NCBI GenBank assembly: GCA_049415445.1
Contig: JBMSGH010000014.1
Location: 6,603-70,602 of the forward strand
Reading direction: 5' to 3'
Source of the DNA: Bacteriovoracaceae bacterium
GTDB lineage: Bacteria; Bdellovibrionota; Bacteriovoracia; Bacteriovoracales; Bacteriovoracaceae
Length of the DNA stretch: 64,000 nt
Shown here: positions 44,991-54,061 of the stretch, piece by piece
How the letters are laid out: every line of letters starts with the position of its first letter
How positions within the stretch are numbered: position 1 is the first letter of the stretch
Notes under the pieces: model-generated
The model's input: only the letters and a program-made list of their open reading frames with translations
Told to the model about the DNA's origin: nothing
The model's database searches: none
Program-made: the position numbers and the translations under genes

Positions 44991-45314
44991 TTATCCTTGA
45001 TTAGTCGGATAACCTTTTTCTTTCCATGCTAGGATTCCACCTTCGAGATTATAAAGCTCCGTATATCCTTCATTTAGTAGCATAAGAGCTACATCTAAGC
45101 TTCGTTTTCCACTTCTGCATTGAAGAACAATTGTTGTGTCCATATCGGATGGAAATTTATCTAGGTTACCAGGAAGAGTACTTTTAGGGATTAGAGTGGC
45201 GCCTTCAATGTGGGACTCATCCCATTCATCTTGTTCTCTTACATCTATTAGTTGAAAATTATCTTTGGCCGTCATTTTGGCCTTAAGCTCATCTACATTC
45301 ATTTCTTTAATCAT
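44991..45314 (-). CDS. single-domain rhodanese sulfurtransferase
   Basis: 107 aa. The active-site loop is LQCRSGKRS. Confidence 0.8.
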   Translation of the reverse strand: MIKEMNVDELKAKMTAKDNFQLIDVREQDEWDESHIEGATLIPKSTLPGNLDKFPSDMDTTIVLQCRSGKRSLDVALMLLNEGYTELYNLEGGILAWKEKGYPTNQG

Positions 45315-45417
45315 TTGTGCATCCTGTTGAAAAGTAATTTCACCAACGTTTCTAACACAGCTAAGAGATTAAATCTATATGAAGCGCCGAGTATAAATAA
45401 CTGATTTTGACGGAGTG

Positions 45418-45448
45418 AATTCCCTAAGGATAAAATTCCTATGGATAA
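45418..45448 (+). repeat. imperfect tandem direct repeat upstream of parA
   Basis: AATTCCCTAAGGATAA (45418-45433) is immediately followed by AATTCCTATGGATAA (45434-45448). The repeat ends 20 nt before the parA SD. Confidence 0.6.
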
Positions 45449-45474
45449 CATTGAATCTAAGGAAGGAGTCATCA

Positions 45475-46248
45475 ATGGAAATAATCACTATTGCCAACAA
45501 CAAAGGTGGCGTTGGTAAAACAATGCAATGCTTTCAATTGGTCTGTCATCTGGCCAACAAAGGACATAAAGTTCTCGCTATAGATTTGGATTCTCAGGGA
45601 AATCTAAGCTCTACGCTAGGAGTACAGATTCAAAGAACACTTATTCCAGAGTGGCTTATAGGTGATGTTTCTATTGAAGACGTAGTTGTTGAGACAGAAG
45701 GAGAAGGGAAGTTTCATGAAAACTTAAAAATTATTCCTTCCTCAAGACATTTGGCCAACTTATCTAAACTACTTATTTTAAGTGAAGGTGAGATTAGAAA
45801 AAATGCTGGTAGAAAGGAGAGGCTCTTAAGAATGAGACTTGAGGAGATCAAAGACCAGTATGATTATGTTGTTATTGATACACCACCGATGCTTGGGGAT
45901 GAGCTGATTATGGCCCTAGTTGCATCAGATAAAATTTTAATTCCTACTCAGGCCCAAGATTATTCTATTGATGGACTTGAGGAACTTATGGATACTTTTG
46001 AAATCATTAAAGAGACAGAGAATCCTAACCTAGAGTTCATTGTTATTCCTTCTATGATCAACTCAAGAAGAAAAATTGAAAAACAAAGACTAGAGGAATT
46101 ATCGCAGTCTTTTAATATTACTCCTAAAGTAAGAAACTTGGTTCTTATGCAAGAGTCTATATCCACTAAAAAACCTGTGTTTTTATTGGGAAAAAAGTCG
46201 AATGCAAGTAAAGACTATCAGGAGCTATGGGAGTTTTTGGGACTTTAA
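45475..46248 (+). CDS. parA: ParA/Soj-family partition ATPase
   Basis: AAGGAG lies 7 nt upstream of ATG 45475. The deviant Walker A is IANNKGGVGKT, and Walker B is VVIDTPP. Confidence 0.8.
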   Translation: MEIITIANNKGGVGKTMQCFQLVCHLANKGHKVLAIDLDSQGNLSSTLGVQIQRTLIPEWLIGDVSIEDVVVETEGEGKFHENLKIIPSSRHLANLSKLLILSEGEIRKNAGRKERLLRMRLEEIKDQYDYVVIDTPPMLGDELIMALVASDKILIPTQAQDYSIDGLEELMDTFEIIKETENPNLEFIVIPSMINSRRKIEKQRLEELSQSFNITPKVRNLVLMQESISTKKPVFLLGKKSNASKDYQELWEFLGL

Positions 46249-46284
46249 AAAACAACTTAGTTTTCACAAGGAAGTGAGGATATT

Positions 46285-47157
46285 ATGGCAAAAAAATTTG
46301 CACCGAGAGTTTCAAAGAAAAATAGAAAAACTCTAGATTACCTTGATCATGTTGATGAGGCGATTTTGAAAAAGTCAGATGAAAAGCTTCTTCAAGGCGC
46401 TAAATTAAATGATGTTGAACTGAAAGATATAATCGTTAAAGAACAGGTTCGAACAAAGTTTAATGATAAATCCATTAAGGAATTGGCCGATAATATTGAG
46501 GCCAATGGATTGATTCAGCCGCTTGTTGTTCACAGGCAGGGTTCAAAATATACGCTTATCTGTGGTGAGAGAAGATTTAGGGCCATGACCCTGATCAAGA
46601 AAAAGAAAGCGTCTTGTTTTGTCCTTGAGAATAAATCAGCTGAGGAGTTGATGGCGATTCAATTTTCAGAGAACTCTTCAAGGGAAGAATTACACTGGAT
46701 TGATAAAGCTGATGGAATTTTAAATTACCAAATAGCAACGAAGGCCTCAGAGCGTACTATTGTTAAGGCCTTAGGTATCTCAAAATCTGAAGTTCACAGA
46801 AGTCTGTTGATTGCTAAGCTTCCTAAAAAGGTTAAGGAAGCCGCTAAAGTTCATAATACAGAAAAATATGTTCTTTTGGAGTTTGATGCATTGGCAAAAG
46901 GCGCATTAAGAACAAAGCTTCAAAAGCTTATCGTTGATGGGAAAATCGTCAAAAGAAGTGAGCTTAAAAAGCTTATTAAAGAAGGTGGGGTTATTAAGAC
47001 AAGCAAGCGTAAGTCGGCCAGCCTTCCGAAAGGTCTTTCGGCCAATGCTTTTCTAAAGGCCCTTCAGACCAAATCTAAGAATCTTAAAGTCGATAAAGAG
47101 ACCAAGGCACTGATCAATAGTCTGGTTGAAGAGACGAGAGATATAGTGGACGTCTGA
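46285..47157 (+). CDS. parB: ParB/Spo0J-family partition protein
   Basis: The ParB N-domain reads GLIQPLVVHRQGSKYTLICGERRFRA (GERRxRA CTP-binding box). The HTH is TIVKALGISKSEVHRSLLIAKLP. Confidence 0.75.
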   Translation: MAKKFAPRVSKKNRKTLDYLDHVDEAILKKSDEKLLQGAKLNDVELKDIIVKEQVRTKFNDKSIKELADNIEANGLIQPLVVHRQGSKYTLICGERRFRAMTLIKKKKASCFVLENKSAEELMAIQFSENSSREELHWIDKADGILNYQIATKASERTIVKALGISKSEVHRSLLIAKLPKKVKEAAKVHNTEKYVLLEFDALAKGALRTKLQKLIVDGKIVKRSELKKLIKEGGVIKTSKRKSASLPKGLSANAFLKALQTKSKNLKVDKETKALINSLVEETRDIVDV

Positions 47158-47170
47158 TAAGTGCCTGAAA

Positions 47171-47184
47171 TTAAAGTACTTTAA
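47171..47184. repeat. 14-bp perfect palindrome TTAAAGTACTTTAA downstream of parB
   Basis: Read directly from the sequence. It is flanked by GCCT (47163-47166) and AGGC (47085+100, i.e. 47185-47188), which extend the stem across a 4-nt bulge. Confidence 0.6.
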
Positions 47185-47264
47185 AGGCATGTAAGTTTTA
47201 CATAAAAATTGTGCCTAGCGACATAGCCCCTTAAAATGGTCTTGCCACTTAAAGGGGTATTTTT

Positions 47265-48035
47265 ATGACAAGACTATGGTTTACATTATTGATGTCTTTT
47301 TTTGCCATTCAATCACTTGCTAATGATTCGAACTTTCGGGAAATCGCAAATGAGAAAAGAGAATTGGCCAATTTCGTTGTAAGAGAAGATCTTCAAGAAA
47401 GCCTTCTGCGTCCAAAAGGAATGTACTTTTATCTTACCTTAGAAGATGACAGGGGTATCCTAAGACAAATGAAACAGCAATTTAAGGGGTGGAATAAAGA
47501 CCAAGAATATGTAGAGAGCTGGAATTTGAACGGTTTTGCTAATTATAAAGTTGAAGATGTAGAAAATAAAAAGAGCTATCTTTCAAAAATGTTAATTAAA
47601 TATCTCGATAAAAGGATTTCTGGAGAAATTAAAAAGGCCGAAGAAGGGACAACTTTTCATCGGATCGGACAAGTTCAAAAGGCCCTTAGCCCTTCAGCAA
47701 CTTTAAAGTTTTCTGATAAGGTTAAGTTAAGATTTAAAGGTCGGATCTTAGAAGGTAAAGGGTCACTTATTATTGAAAACCCTTATATTCAAACCAAAAG
47801 TGAATTTAATAAAGATGGAGAGCTCAAAGTCGTTCTTAATAAGAATATTAAAGAATTAGGGCTCACTTATCATACGGATTATTATCCTTTAGAAGGTCAA
47901 TATATAACGACCTTAAGTAAAAATCTTTTTGCTCAAGTTACTGCAAGCTTAAGTTCTTCTCAGTCAGATAAAGAAATAATGATGAGTAGTTCATCTAATA
48001 GAACTCTAAGTATGAAGTATCACAGCAGCTTCTAA
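47265..48035 (+). CDS. exported hypothetical protein, possible outer-membrane protein
   Basis: Signal peptide MTRLWFTLLMSFFAIQSLA. The C-terminus ..LSMKYHSSF ends in Phe, as in OMP sorting signals. Confidence 0.4.
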   Translation: MTRLWFTLLMSFFAIQSLANDSNFREIANEKRELANFVVREDLQESLLRPKGMYFYLTLEDDRGILRQMKQQFKGWNKDQEYVESWNLNGFANYKVEDVENKKSYLSKMLIKYLDKRISGEIKKAEEGTTFHRIGQVQKALSPSATLKFSDKVKLRFKGRILEGKGSLIIENPYIQTKSEFNKDGELKVVLNKNIKELGLTYHTDYYPLEGQYITTLSKNLFAQVTASLSSSQSDKEIMMSSSSNRTLSMKYHSSF

Positions 48036-48089
48036 ATTAAGTTTTTCAAAATATAAGCTCTCATATACATTTATCATTAAGAGGTTTAT

Positions 48090-48980
48090 ATGTTGAAATA
48101 TTTTATAATTTTATTTATTTCTTTTACTCAGATTGGTTACGCAGGTCATGTCAAATATGGGATCCCAGATCATTATACTTGGAGTGACCCAATATCTGCA
48201 CTTAGTAGCAATGGGATTCCATTATCTCCAATAAGAAAAGGACTTAAGGAGTTAAGTCTAACAGCAGCTTATATAAATGTAGGAGAAGATGATGACGACT
48301 ATGCTTCCGGTGTTGAGAAACCTCTTTCTGATCCAAAATCTACAGCAGACGGATATGGTATAAATGTTTCCTGGTTTGAAGCATTAGGAAAGAATTGGGG
48401 ATATAGTATTATTTTGTCCCACACACCTCTTCATGGAGATGTCGTTGCTTTGGCCAAAATGGATACAAATGATGAAACAATTGAAAGAGAGTACAGGGCC
48501 GAGATTGATGCCACATCCACACAAGCTTTAGGTTTGGTTGTATTTGACCCTCTTTATAATCATGAAAGTATAAATACTCCTATATTTATTGGAGCAGGAC
48601 TTATCCAATCGGATCAAAAGGGAAGTTTAATTCAGGATATTGATGGTACTCTCTACGATTGGAAGGCCAGTACTGAATTCTTAAGTGTAGGTTTGGCCTT
48701 GGGCGGAGCTATTCAATTCAATACAGGTGATTTTCGGTGGTCTCCATTTTTAGTCGCTTTTGCGGGAACTGCTACGCCAGTCTACGAAGTTAGTGTAGAA
48801 AGGGCAGGAAATAATGATTTTACTAATAATCAGGAATCAGAGTTTGAAGTTCAATATTTAGGAGGAATAGGACTTCAGTATACACCATGGGGAGTAAGTG
48901 CAAAGTGGACTCCTAACTTTTTTGGTCATGATCAAAGCCTTTATACTTTATCTAAGACATGGACTTTTGATGACAATTAG
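48090..48980 (+). CDS. exported hypothetical protein, beta-rich
   Basis: It has a signal peptide and Gly/aromatic alternating segments. No family recognised. Confidence 0.4.
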   Translation: MLKYFIILFISFTQIGYAGHVKYGIPDHYTWSDPISALSSNGIPLSPIRKGLKELSLTAAYINVGEDDDDYASGVEKPLSDPKSTADGYGINVSWFEALGKNWGYSIILSHTPLHGDVVALAKMDTNDETIEREYRAEIDATSTQALGLVVFDPLYNHESINTPIFIGAGLIQSDQKGSLIQDIDGTLYDWKASTEFLSVGLALGGAIQFNTGDFRWSPFLVAFAGTATPVYEVSVERAGNNDFTNNQESEFEVQYLGGIGLQYTPWGVSAKWTPNFFGHDQSLYTLSKTWTFDDN

Positions 48981-49446
48981 ATTTATTGTTATTTTTTGCT
49001 TATCCCTTAATGTTTTCTCAAAAGTTAAAAAGTTTGAAGTAACTTCTTCTCAAGTTTTCAAATACTCTTTTAAAGAGGTTTGTCTAAGTTTTAATAAAGA
49101 AGCATTGTTAATTACATCAAAAGGTTCTTACCACTTAGATTGTATGGGAGAGAAAGTCGATGTACGTGAGTTCTGTGAGAAAAAGCTTAAGGCACGCTCG
49201 ATTCCTTTTCTTCGTACGCTTAGCAAAGATCAAAAAGTACTTTGTCAGGGAGGTAAAACGGCCTCACTCTCTTTAGATTGTGTTGGTAAATATAAAGGTC
49301 TTTGCCGTGATAAACTAAAAAGCTGCAAAAAGTTACAAGAGGTTTATGCAAAAGGACTTATCCTTTCATTTGCTGGAGTTTCAGAAAATGAGAACGAGTC
49401 ACTCAACTGCTATTTTTTAGATACTGAGGGCCTTGATTATATCTAG
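48970..49446 (+). CDS. secreted Cys-rich hypothetical protein
   Basis: ATG 48970 gives signal peptide MTIRFIVIFCLSLNVFS and an 11-nt overlap with the upstream gene. The mature part contains 10 Cys. Confidence 0.4.
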   Translation: MTIRFIVIFCLSLNVFSKVKKFEVTSSQVFKYSFKEVCLSFNKEALLITSKGSYHLDCMGEKVDVREFCEKKLKARSIPFLRTLSKDQKVLCQGGKTASLSLDCVGKYKGLCRDKLKSCKKLQEVYAKGLILSFAGVSENENESLNCYFLDTEGLDYI

Positions 49447-50388
49447 CTTTTCTTTGAACGATGCTTTTCGGTTTTTAAGACACTTTTCAAGTGGGCCAAC
49501 ACCAACTGTACCATTTTTAAGAACTGTTGCTGATGGGAAGTTGGCGTCAATAAGACTTTGAACGGCCAAATGGCCCATTTTAGTTGCCACAACTCTGTCA
49601 TAGACCGTAGGAGTTCCTCCTCTTTGAATATGACCAAGAATACAGACACCGGCCTTAATATCATGACCAAGTAAAAGTTCTTCCTGGATTTTATAACTTA
49701 ATCCTGGAGTATCACTTTCGGCCACAATAATAATAGAGGACTTTTTGCCTCTTTTTCTACCAAGCTTATTTCTTTTAACAATTTCATCTAGGTCATATTT
49801 ACTCGAGACAATAACATTTTCGGCACCAGAACAGATCGCCACATTTAGTGCTAGTGATGCACTTTTTCTACCCATAACCTCTACAAGAAAAGTTCTTTCG
49901 TGGCTTAAGGCCGTATCTCTAATTTTATCGACAGCTTCAACGGCCGTTTGAGATGCAGTATCAAAACCAATAGTATAGTCAGTTCCTGATACATCATTAT
50001 CAATAGTTCCTGGTATGCCTACAACGGGAATCTTATGCTCTTTCCATAGGGCCATAGCACCGTTAAAGGAACCATTTCCTCCAATAATAACAAGTCCATC
50101 AATTTTTTTACTTTTTAATATTTTAGCGGCCTGTTGTCGAAATTCCTTTTCATGAAACTCAGGACAACGAGAGCTGCCGAGAATAGTTCCACCCCTTTGG
50201 ATAATATTACCAACCGAGGACAAATCCATTTCCTTAAACTTAGAATGAATAAGGCCATCAAAGCCTCTATGGATTCCATAAACCTTTAAACCATTACCTA
50301 GACCAGTTCGAATAACGGCCCTTATGGCAGGGTTCATTCCAGGAGAGTCTCCACCGCTACATAAGACTGCAATGTTTTTCATTTTCAT
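49417..50388 (-). CDS. pfkA: ATP-dependent 6-phosphofructokinase
   Basis: VLCSGGDSPGMNPAIRAV, IGGNGS, PGTIDND and GHIQRGG motifs are present. Confidence 0.9.
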   Translation of the reverse strand: MKMKNIAVLCSGGDSPGMNPAIRAVIRTGLGNGLKVYGIHRGFDGLIHSKFKEMDLSSVGNIIQRGGTILGSSRCPEFHEKEFRQQAAKILKSKKIDGLVIIGGNGSFNGAMALWKEHKIPVVGIPGTIDNDVSGTDYTIGFDTASQTAVEAVDKIRDTALSHERTFLVEVMGRKSASLALNVAICSGAENVIVSSKYDLDEIVKRNKLGRKRGKKSSIIIVAESDTPGLSYKIQEELLLGHDIKAGVCILGHIQRGGTPTVYDRVVATKMGHLAVQSLIDANFPSATVLKNGTVGVGPLEKCLKNRKASFKEKLDIIKALSI

Positions 50389-50390
50389 TT

Positions 50391-51932
50391 TTATTCCTCT
50401 TGAAAAATTGGAATACCCTCAAACTGAGAAGGAATAGGTACTCCCATCATGCTCAATAGAGTTGGCGCAACATCTTTGAGTGCTCCTTCTTCAATTGATT
50501 TTAACTTAACTCCTTTAAGTTTGGGATGAAAAAGACAGCATGGAACTTCGGCCTTGGTATGGGCCGTATGCGGAGAACCATCGGGATGAACCATTTGGTC
50601 ACTGTTTCCATGGTCTGCAGTAAGAAGAAAAGATATAGATTTTTCTTCACATTTTTTAACAAGCTCACTAACACACTCATCAAGGACTTCAATACATCTT
50701 TTGGCCGCTTCGTAATTTCCAGTATGGCCTACCATGTCGCTATTGGCATAATTGACAACATAGAGTCTGTATTTATCGTCATCCAAGGCCTCAATAAGTT
50801 GTTTGGTTACTTCTCGGGCACTCATCTCAGGTTTAAGATCATAAGTGGCCACATCTCGAGGTGATGGAACAAGGACTTGAGTCTCACCATTAAATGGTTT
50901 TTTTTCACCCCCGTTAAAGAAATAGGTAACATGGGCATACTTTTCTGTTTCGGCAATTTTAAACTGGTTTATACCTTGTTCTGCAAGATACTCGGATAGA
51001 CCACCTTTAATTCTTTCTTTATCAAATAGAATAGGAAGCTTTACTTCATCATCAATATAAGGAGTCATACAAAGATAGAACCCTGGTTTAACAGGTACTT
51101 CGAATTCATCAAAATTAGGATCATTAAAGCAAAGGCTAATTTGAATGGCCCTGTCAGGTCTAAAATTTATAAAGAAAAAAGCATCACCTGGTTGGATAGC
51201 GTAGTCTGCATCAAAAAGAGTGGGAGTTATAAACTCATCAAAAACTTTAGATTCATACTGCTTTTTTAAATATTCTTGGGGTTCCAGGTCAGATATCTCC
51301 CCTTGGCCAGTTATCGTTTTATAGCAATGTTCTATTTTTTCCCATCTTCTGTCTCGGTCCATTCCAATAGAGCGACCTTGCATAGATGCTAAGCAAAACT
51401 TTTCTTTTAAGAATTCAAGCTCTTTTAGGTACTTCATTCCATTGTCTATAGGTGTATCTCTACCATCCATAAGGACATGAAAGAATAGTTTTAAGTCTTT
51501 GTATTCAGAGAAGATATTAATAAAGGCCTTAATATGATCAATATGGGAATGGACGCCTCCATCAGAGAGCAGGCCCATCATATGAATTCTTTTGGTATTT
51601 TTTTGAGCAAACTCGATAAGTTTTTGTAGCTGCTCCATATTCTTTAGGGAACCATTTTCAATAGATTCATTGATTCTAATAAGGTCTTGTCGAACAGGTT
51701 TACCGGCCCCAAGATTAAGGTGACCAACTTCAGAGTTTCCCATAACGCCATCAGGTAGCCCTACAGAAGTTCCACTTGCTGATATTGTTGTATAGGGATA
51801 GTTTTCAAAGAGATGATCTATATTTGGTTTTTTGGCGTCTCGTATAGCATTTTTGTTGGTATTGGGATTGATTCCAAAGCCATCAAGTATAATTAAAAGT
51901 GCTTTTTGAGATAATGAGTTAATGGATGTCAA
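50391..51932 (-). CDS. gpmI: 2,3-bisphosphoglycerate-independent phosphoglycerate mutase
   Basis: LIILDGFG, NSEVGHLNLGAG, SDGGVHSH and ADHGN motifs are present. The TTG start follows GGAGGAGG. Confidence 0.9.
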   Translation of the reverse strand: MTSINSLSQKALLIILDGFGINPNTNKNAIRDAKKPNIDHLFENYPYTTISASGTSVGLPDGVMGNSEVGHLNLGAGKPVRQDLIRINESIENGSLKNMEQLQKLIEFAQKNTKRIHMMGLLSDGGVHSHIDHIKAFINIFSEYKDLKLFFHVLMDGRDTPIDNGMKYLKELEFLKEKFCLASMQGRSIGMDRDRRWEKIEHCYKTITGQGEISDLEPQEYLKKQYESKVFDEFITPTLFDADYAIQPGDAFFFINFRPDRAIQISLCFNDPNFDEFEVPVKPGFYLCMTPYIDDEVKLPILFDKERIKGGLSEYLAEQGINQFKIAETEKYAHVTYFFNGGEKKPFNGETQVLVPSPRDVATYDLKPEMSAREVTKQLIEALDDDKYRLYVVNYANSDMVGHTGNYEAAKRCIEVLDECVSELVKKCEEKSISFLLTADHGNSDQMVHPDGSPHTAHTKAEVPCCLFHPKLKGVKLKSIEEGALKDVAPTLLSMMGVPIPSQFEGIPIFQEE

Positions 51933-52015
51933 AACCCCTCCTCCATTAATAGGTATTATTTTGTAAAAATGTATAGCACTATAGGACGGGAGTTTAAAGG
52001 GAGTAGAATAGCATT

Positions 52016-54031
52016 ATGCGTTATGTGGCGTTTTTTTCATGTATACTCATGAGTTTACTCTTAGCTTTTCTGACTAAGGATCTTGGCCAAATCAATGATG
52101 ATAAGCTTTTTCTGGGTAAAAAAAGTTTAAAAGATTATGAGCAATTCCAAACTCTTATTAAGGAGAAAAGCCTTTTTATTATTACCTTAAAAAAAGAAGT
52201 TAATGAGCAGAATTACCGCCAATTTAATCAAATGGTGAGTCCTTATATAAAAAAATATCCCGATATTGAGTTTCTGAACTTTAATAAGATTTACTTTAAT
52301 AAAATAAAATCAACGGAATTTGCACCAAGCTACGAGTTTTGGAATAAGAATAAAAAGAATCTTCAGCTTTTATTATGGGCAGAGGACTCCATATCTCTAT
52401 TGGCCACTTGGGACTCAAAGGAAAATAAAAAATCTTTTATTAAAGATATTACGGCCCGTCATCCTGAACTCTCTTTTTCAGGACTTGCTTATATTAATTT
52501 TTTGCTAGATCAATACTCTGATAGAATAAAAAATAAAGTATTTCCACTAGTCTTTTTAAGTACTTTTTTACTCATACTTATTTTTACAAGAAACTTCATA
52601 CTTTCTCTTTTATTATTTTTACCTTCACTTATTGCTTTTCAGCTCTCTTTGTTCATTATTCAAGGTCTTTACGGAAGCCTTAATCTTATTACCTCTATTG
52701 TACCGATTCTTATATTTGTTATAGGGGTTTCTTTGATTTTTCATCTCTATTTTAGTTTTAGAGAATCGATGAATATGAAGAAAACTTTTGAAGAAAAAGG
52801 TCGACCTGTATCAATGATGATTTTTACAACGGTCGTTGGTTTTGGCTCTCTTTATTTCAGTCCGATCTTGGTTATTCAGCAGTTCGCTTTATCTTGTGTC
52901 ATAAGCTTATTAGCTGCTAGTTTGTTTCTTATTGCATTTTTTATGATTTTTTCTCATTCCTACCCTAAAGATGTTAAAGTTTGGGGTCTTAAGCCTAAGT
53001 ATTTAAAACACTCTCTTAATACGAAATATATTATTTTACTGTGCTTCATACTTGTTGCAAGCTCAGTCATCGTTTTCCCACGGATAAAGGTTTTGACTAA
53101 CGCAGTTGATTTTTTTCCAAAGGAGTCTCAAGAACGTATAGAAATATTAAACCTTGGGAAATCAGTTCTTGGGTTACCCCTTTTTGAAATAGTTTTTAAA
53201 AATCAAAATGGCTTTAAATTTAAAGACATTAAAAAGATTGAAGAAAAAGAAAAGCTAATTAAGAAAAGCTTTCCTGAATTCAAACTGCTTTCATTAAATA
53301 GTTTTGTGAAAGAGGCCAATTATTTGTATTCAGCTCAAGCTCAGTTACCGCCTCTTCCTGTGAGTTATTTCACTTTAAGAAGTCAGCTTCCACCTCAACT
53401 TAATCAATCCTACCCACTTGATAAGGCCTATCGAATTACATTATTTGGCCTGCCGCTTGAAGCAAAAGTATATGAACAAAAATTAAATGAATTAAAGACA
53501 ATAATAGGTGATGATTACGAGTACGGATTTAATGGTTTATATTTTAATTTAATGCAAACGCATGGGCATCTGATATCCGTTCTCGCCAAAAGCTTTATTT
53601 TTACTCTTTTCATAATTTCATTGCTAACTCTTATTTTATTTAGAAAACTAAAAATATTTATTGTTTTTCTTTTAGTGAACTCACTTCCAGTTTCAACAGC
53701 ATTTATTTTTATTTATCTTTTCGACTTTACCTTTAATGTGGCCTCTGTCATGACATTTAGTATTTCTTTAGGGCTTATTGTCGATAGTACGCTTCACTAT
53801 GTTTTTGCTTTAAAAGATGGGAAACCATTTAACAGTTATTATTCAACAACGCTTATTCCTATTATTGCAAGCGCGCTTATTTTGGCCCTTTCAATTGGAG
53901 TTTTAGGCACAGAAGGTTTTCTTCCTATAAAGCACTTTAGTTTATCTTTAAGTTTTACACTTTTGGTTGGACTGTTATTTGATTTATTTATATTACCTAC
54001 AATTATTGAAGGTAGCTCTTTACGAAAATAA
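52016..54031 (+). CDS. MMPL/RND-superfamily-like exporter (two 6-TM bundles)
   Basis: 671 aa, with two hydrophobic blocks (~aa 170-320 and ~520-660) separated by soluble loops, as in MMPL/HpnN-type transporters. Confidence 0.55.
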   Translation: MRYVAFFSCILMSLLLAFLTKDLGQINDDKLFLGKKSLKDYEQFQTLIKEKSLFIITLKKEVNEQNYRQFNQMVSPYIKKYPDIEFLNFNKIYFNKIKSTEFAPSYEFWNKNKKNLQLLLWAEDSISLLATWDSKENKKSFIKDITARHPELSFSGLAYINFLLDQYSDRIKNKVFPLVFLSTFLLILIFTRNFILSLLLFLPSLIAFQLSLFIIQGLYGSLNLITSIVPILIFVIGVSLIFHLYFSFRESMNMKKTFEEKGRPVSMMIFTTVVGFGSLYFSPILVIQQFALSCVISLLAASLFLIAFFMIFSHSYPKDVKVWGLKPKYLKHSLNTKYIILLCFILVASSVIVFPRIKVLTNAVDFFPKESQERIEILNLGKSVLGLPLFEIVFKNQNGFKFKDIKKIEEKEKLIKKSFPEFKLLSLNSFVKEANYLYSAQAQLPPLPVSYFTLRSQLPPQLNQSYPLDKAYRITLFGLPLEAKVYEQKLNELKTIIGDDYEYGFNGLYFNLMQTHGHLISVLAKSFIFTLFIISLLTLILFRKLKIFIVFLLVNSLPVSTAFIFIYLFDFTFNVASVMTFSISLGLIVDSTLHYVFALKDGKPFNSYYSTTLIPIIASALILALSIGVLGTEGFLPIKHFSLSLSFTLLVGLLFDLFILPTIIEGSSLRK

Positions 54032-54061
54032 CTATACTTTTTTTGTCAGTTAGCCGACGAG

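Noticed and set aside
45315-45414. NAD+ (nadA-motif) riboswitch upstream of the rhodanese-nadA operon
   Set aside because: I could not recognise the tandem bulged-stem pattern of that motif in the minus-strand leader. Only a plausible promoter is visible. A covariance-model scan would be needed to be sure.
45315-47264. Canonical parS (TGTTNCACGTGAAACA) near parAB
   Set aside because: I scanned both spacers and the genes by eye and found no match or near match. A genome-wide pattern search would still be needed to rule it out.
50526-50864. 112-aa antisense ORF within gpmI, plus other short alternative-frame ORFs in the track (e.g. 1331-1579, 5667-5858, 37015-37311, 52320-52508)
   Set aside because: All are nested in well-supported genes. 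They lack ribosome-binding sites and protein-like sequence features.
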